A stretch of 64,000 nt of DNA from Trueperaceae bacterium. Its GTDB lineage: Bacteria; Deinococcota; Deinococci; Deinococcales; Trueperaceae. Under the pieces are notes generated by a model that did not search any database, had not been told where the DNA came from, and saw only the letters and a program-made list of their open reading frames with translations. The stretch covers positions 11,186-75,185 of the forward strand of contig JBHEOT010000006.1 in the NCBI GenBank assembly GCA_046260675.1, written 5' to 3'. Below are positions 62,959-64,000 of the stretch, piece by piece (the stretch's first letter is position 1; each line of letters begins with the position of its first letter). Made by a program: the position numbers and the translations under genes.

Positions 62959-64000
62959 ATGGCTGTCGTCACCCGCATCGCCCCGTCGCCCACCGGCGAC
63001 CCGCACGTCGGCACGGCCTACGTCGGCCTCTTCAACTACGCCCTCGCGCGCAAGCACGGCGGTCGCTTCGTGCTGCGCCTCGAGGACACCGACCGCGCGC
63101 GGTACGTGCCCGAAGCCGAACGGCGCATCCTGGCCATGTTCGAATGGCTGGGGCTGATGCCCGACGAGGGCCCCGAGGTCGGCGGGCCGCACGGTCCGTA
63201 CCGACAGAGCGAGCGCCTGGACCTCTACCGGTCCCACGCCGACCGCCTCGTCGCCGAGGGCAAGGCGTACCGTGCCTTCGAGACGGCCGAGGAGCTCGAC
63301 GACCTGCGCGCCCGACAGAAGAAGCGCGGCATCGACCCGGGGTACGACGGCCGGGGCCGCGCGATGCCCGCGGAAGAGCAGGCCCGCCGCGCCGCCGCCG
63401 GCGAAGCGCACGTGGTCCGCTTGGCCACGCCCGACGAGGGGTCCACGGCGTTCACCGACCTGTTGCGCGGCGAGGTCGCCGTGCCCAACGCCGAGATCCG
63501 CGACGCGGTGATCCTCAAGAGCGACGGGTACCCGACGTACCACCTCGCCAACGTGATCGACGACCACCTCATGGAGGTCAGCCACGTCGTCCGCGCCGAG
63601 GAGTGGGTCGTCTCCACGCCGCTCCACGTGCTCCTGTACCGCGCGTTCGGCTGGGACGCCCCCGTGTTCGCGCACTTGCCGCTGCTGCGCAACCCCGACG
63701 CCAACAAGACCAAGATCAGCAAGCGCAAGATGGACACGTCGGTCGACTCGTACCGTGATCAGGGCATCTTGCCCGAGGCGCTCCTCAACTTCCTGGGCAC
63801 CATGGGTTGGAGCATGCCCGACGGCCGCGAGGTGTTCACGCTCGACGAGATGATCGCCGCGTTCGATCTCGAGCGCGTGTCGCTCGGCGGCCCGGTCTTC
63901 GACGTCAAGCGGCTCCGCAACCTCAACGCCCGCTACCTGCGGGAGGTGTTGGCGCTCGAGGACGTCGCCGAACGCCTCGCGCCCTGGCTGCGCGAGCGAG
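62959..64000 (+). CDS. gltX: glutamate--tRNA ligase (partial, runs off the window end)
   Basis: Hand-translated, since the open-ended frame is absent from the ORF track: [50 protein letters not shown]. Confidence 0.92.
   Translation, partial: MAVVTRIAPSPTGDPHVGTAYVGLFNYALARKHGGRFVLRLEDTDRARYVPEAERRILAMFEWLGLMPDEGPEVGGPHGPYRQSERLDLYRSHADRLVAEGKAYRAFETAEELDDLRARQKKRGIDPGYDGRGRAMPAEEQARRAAAGEAHVVRLATPDEGSTAFTDLLRGEVAVPNAEIRDAVILKSDGYPTYHLANVIDDHLMEVSHVVRAEEWVVSTPLHVLLYRAFGWDAPVFAHLPLLRNPDANKTKISKRKMDTSVDSYRDQGILPEALLNFLGTMGWSMPDGREVFTLDEMIAAFDLERVSLGGPVFDVKRLRNLNARYLREVLALEDVAERLAPWLRER

Overview
About 64 kb of very GC-rich DNA (roughly 70% or more by eye, not computed) from a gene-dense chromosomal core. 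I call 70 protein-coding genes, one truncated at each window edge, and 4 tRNA genes: Ile-GAT, Ser-CGA, Gln-CTG and Gln-TTG, all with encoded CCA. I see no rRNA, CRISPR array, transposase, integrase or phage genes.

Content is housekeeping:
- Isoprenoid: ispH, ispE, ispD, ubiX.
- Amino acids: aroH, trpBA, leuCDB, ilvD, carA.
- Folate: folP, folB, folK.
- Central metabolism: sucCD, ackA, glk, rpe, accAD.
- DNA repair: recN, family-4 UDG.
- Envelope: lgt, uppP, wecB, a GT4 phosphosugar transferase, rlpA, a GlmU-like gene.
- Type IV pilus ATPases: a PilF-type PilB plus PilT.
- Translation: rplM-rpsI, gltX, gluQ, dtd, dusA, rsmJ.
- A fused sucrose-phosphate synthase/phosphatase.

The triple-module PilB, the AroH-class chorismate mutase, DUF1844 and the promoter geometry suggest a Deinococcota-like (Thermus/Deinococcus/Truepera-type) organism. 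That is inference only. Genes are packed into operons with many 4-nt GTGA/ATGA stop-start overlaps.

I do not see an accessory island or an obvious new multi-gene system. The signals most worth a second look:
1. A 27-codon Trp-rich (W-W-R-W) leader ORF with hairpins directly upstream of trpBA.
2. A promoter, short ORF and terminator-like hairpin leader in front of leuCDB.
3. A 79-nt near-perfect hairpin with an AT-rich core in an otherwise empty 333-nt convergent gap.
4. A TANNNT box 5-8 nt upstream of about 22 start codons, indicating leaderless-type starts.
5. A protein with an E3-binding domain plus a degenerate E2-like domain, downstream of a kinase-less PASTA protein.
6. folK and gluQ, whose conserved N-termini are not preceded by a canonical start codon.
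7. An intrinsic terminator wedged between tRNA-Ser and the upp ribosome-binding site.
8. Several apparently dead enzymes: an alpha/beta hydrolase with Ser to Gly, an SDR lacking Tyr/Lys, and a truncated GlmU.

All homology statements rest on motif recognition by eye. No database search was run.
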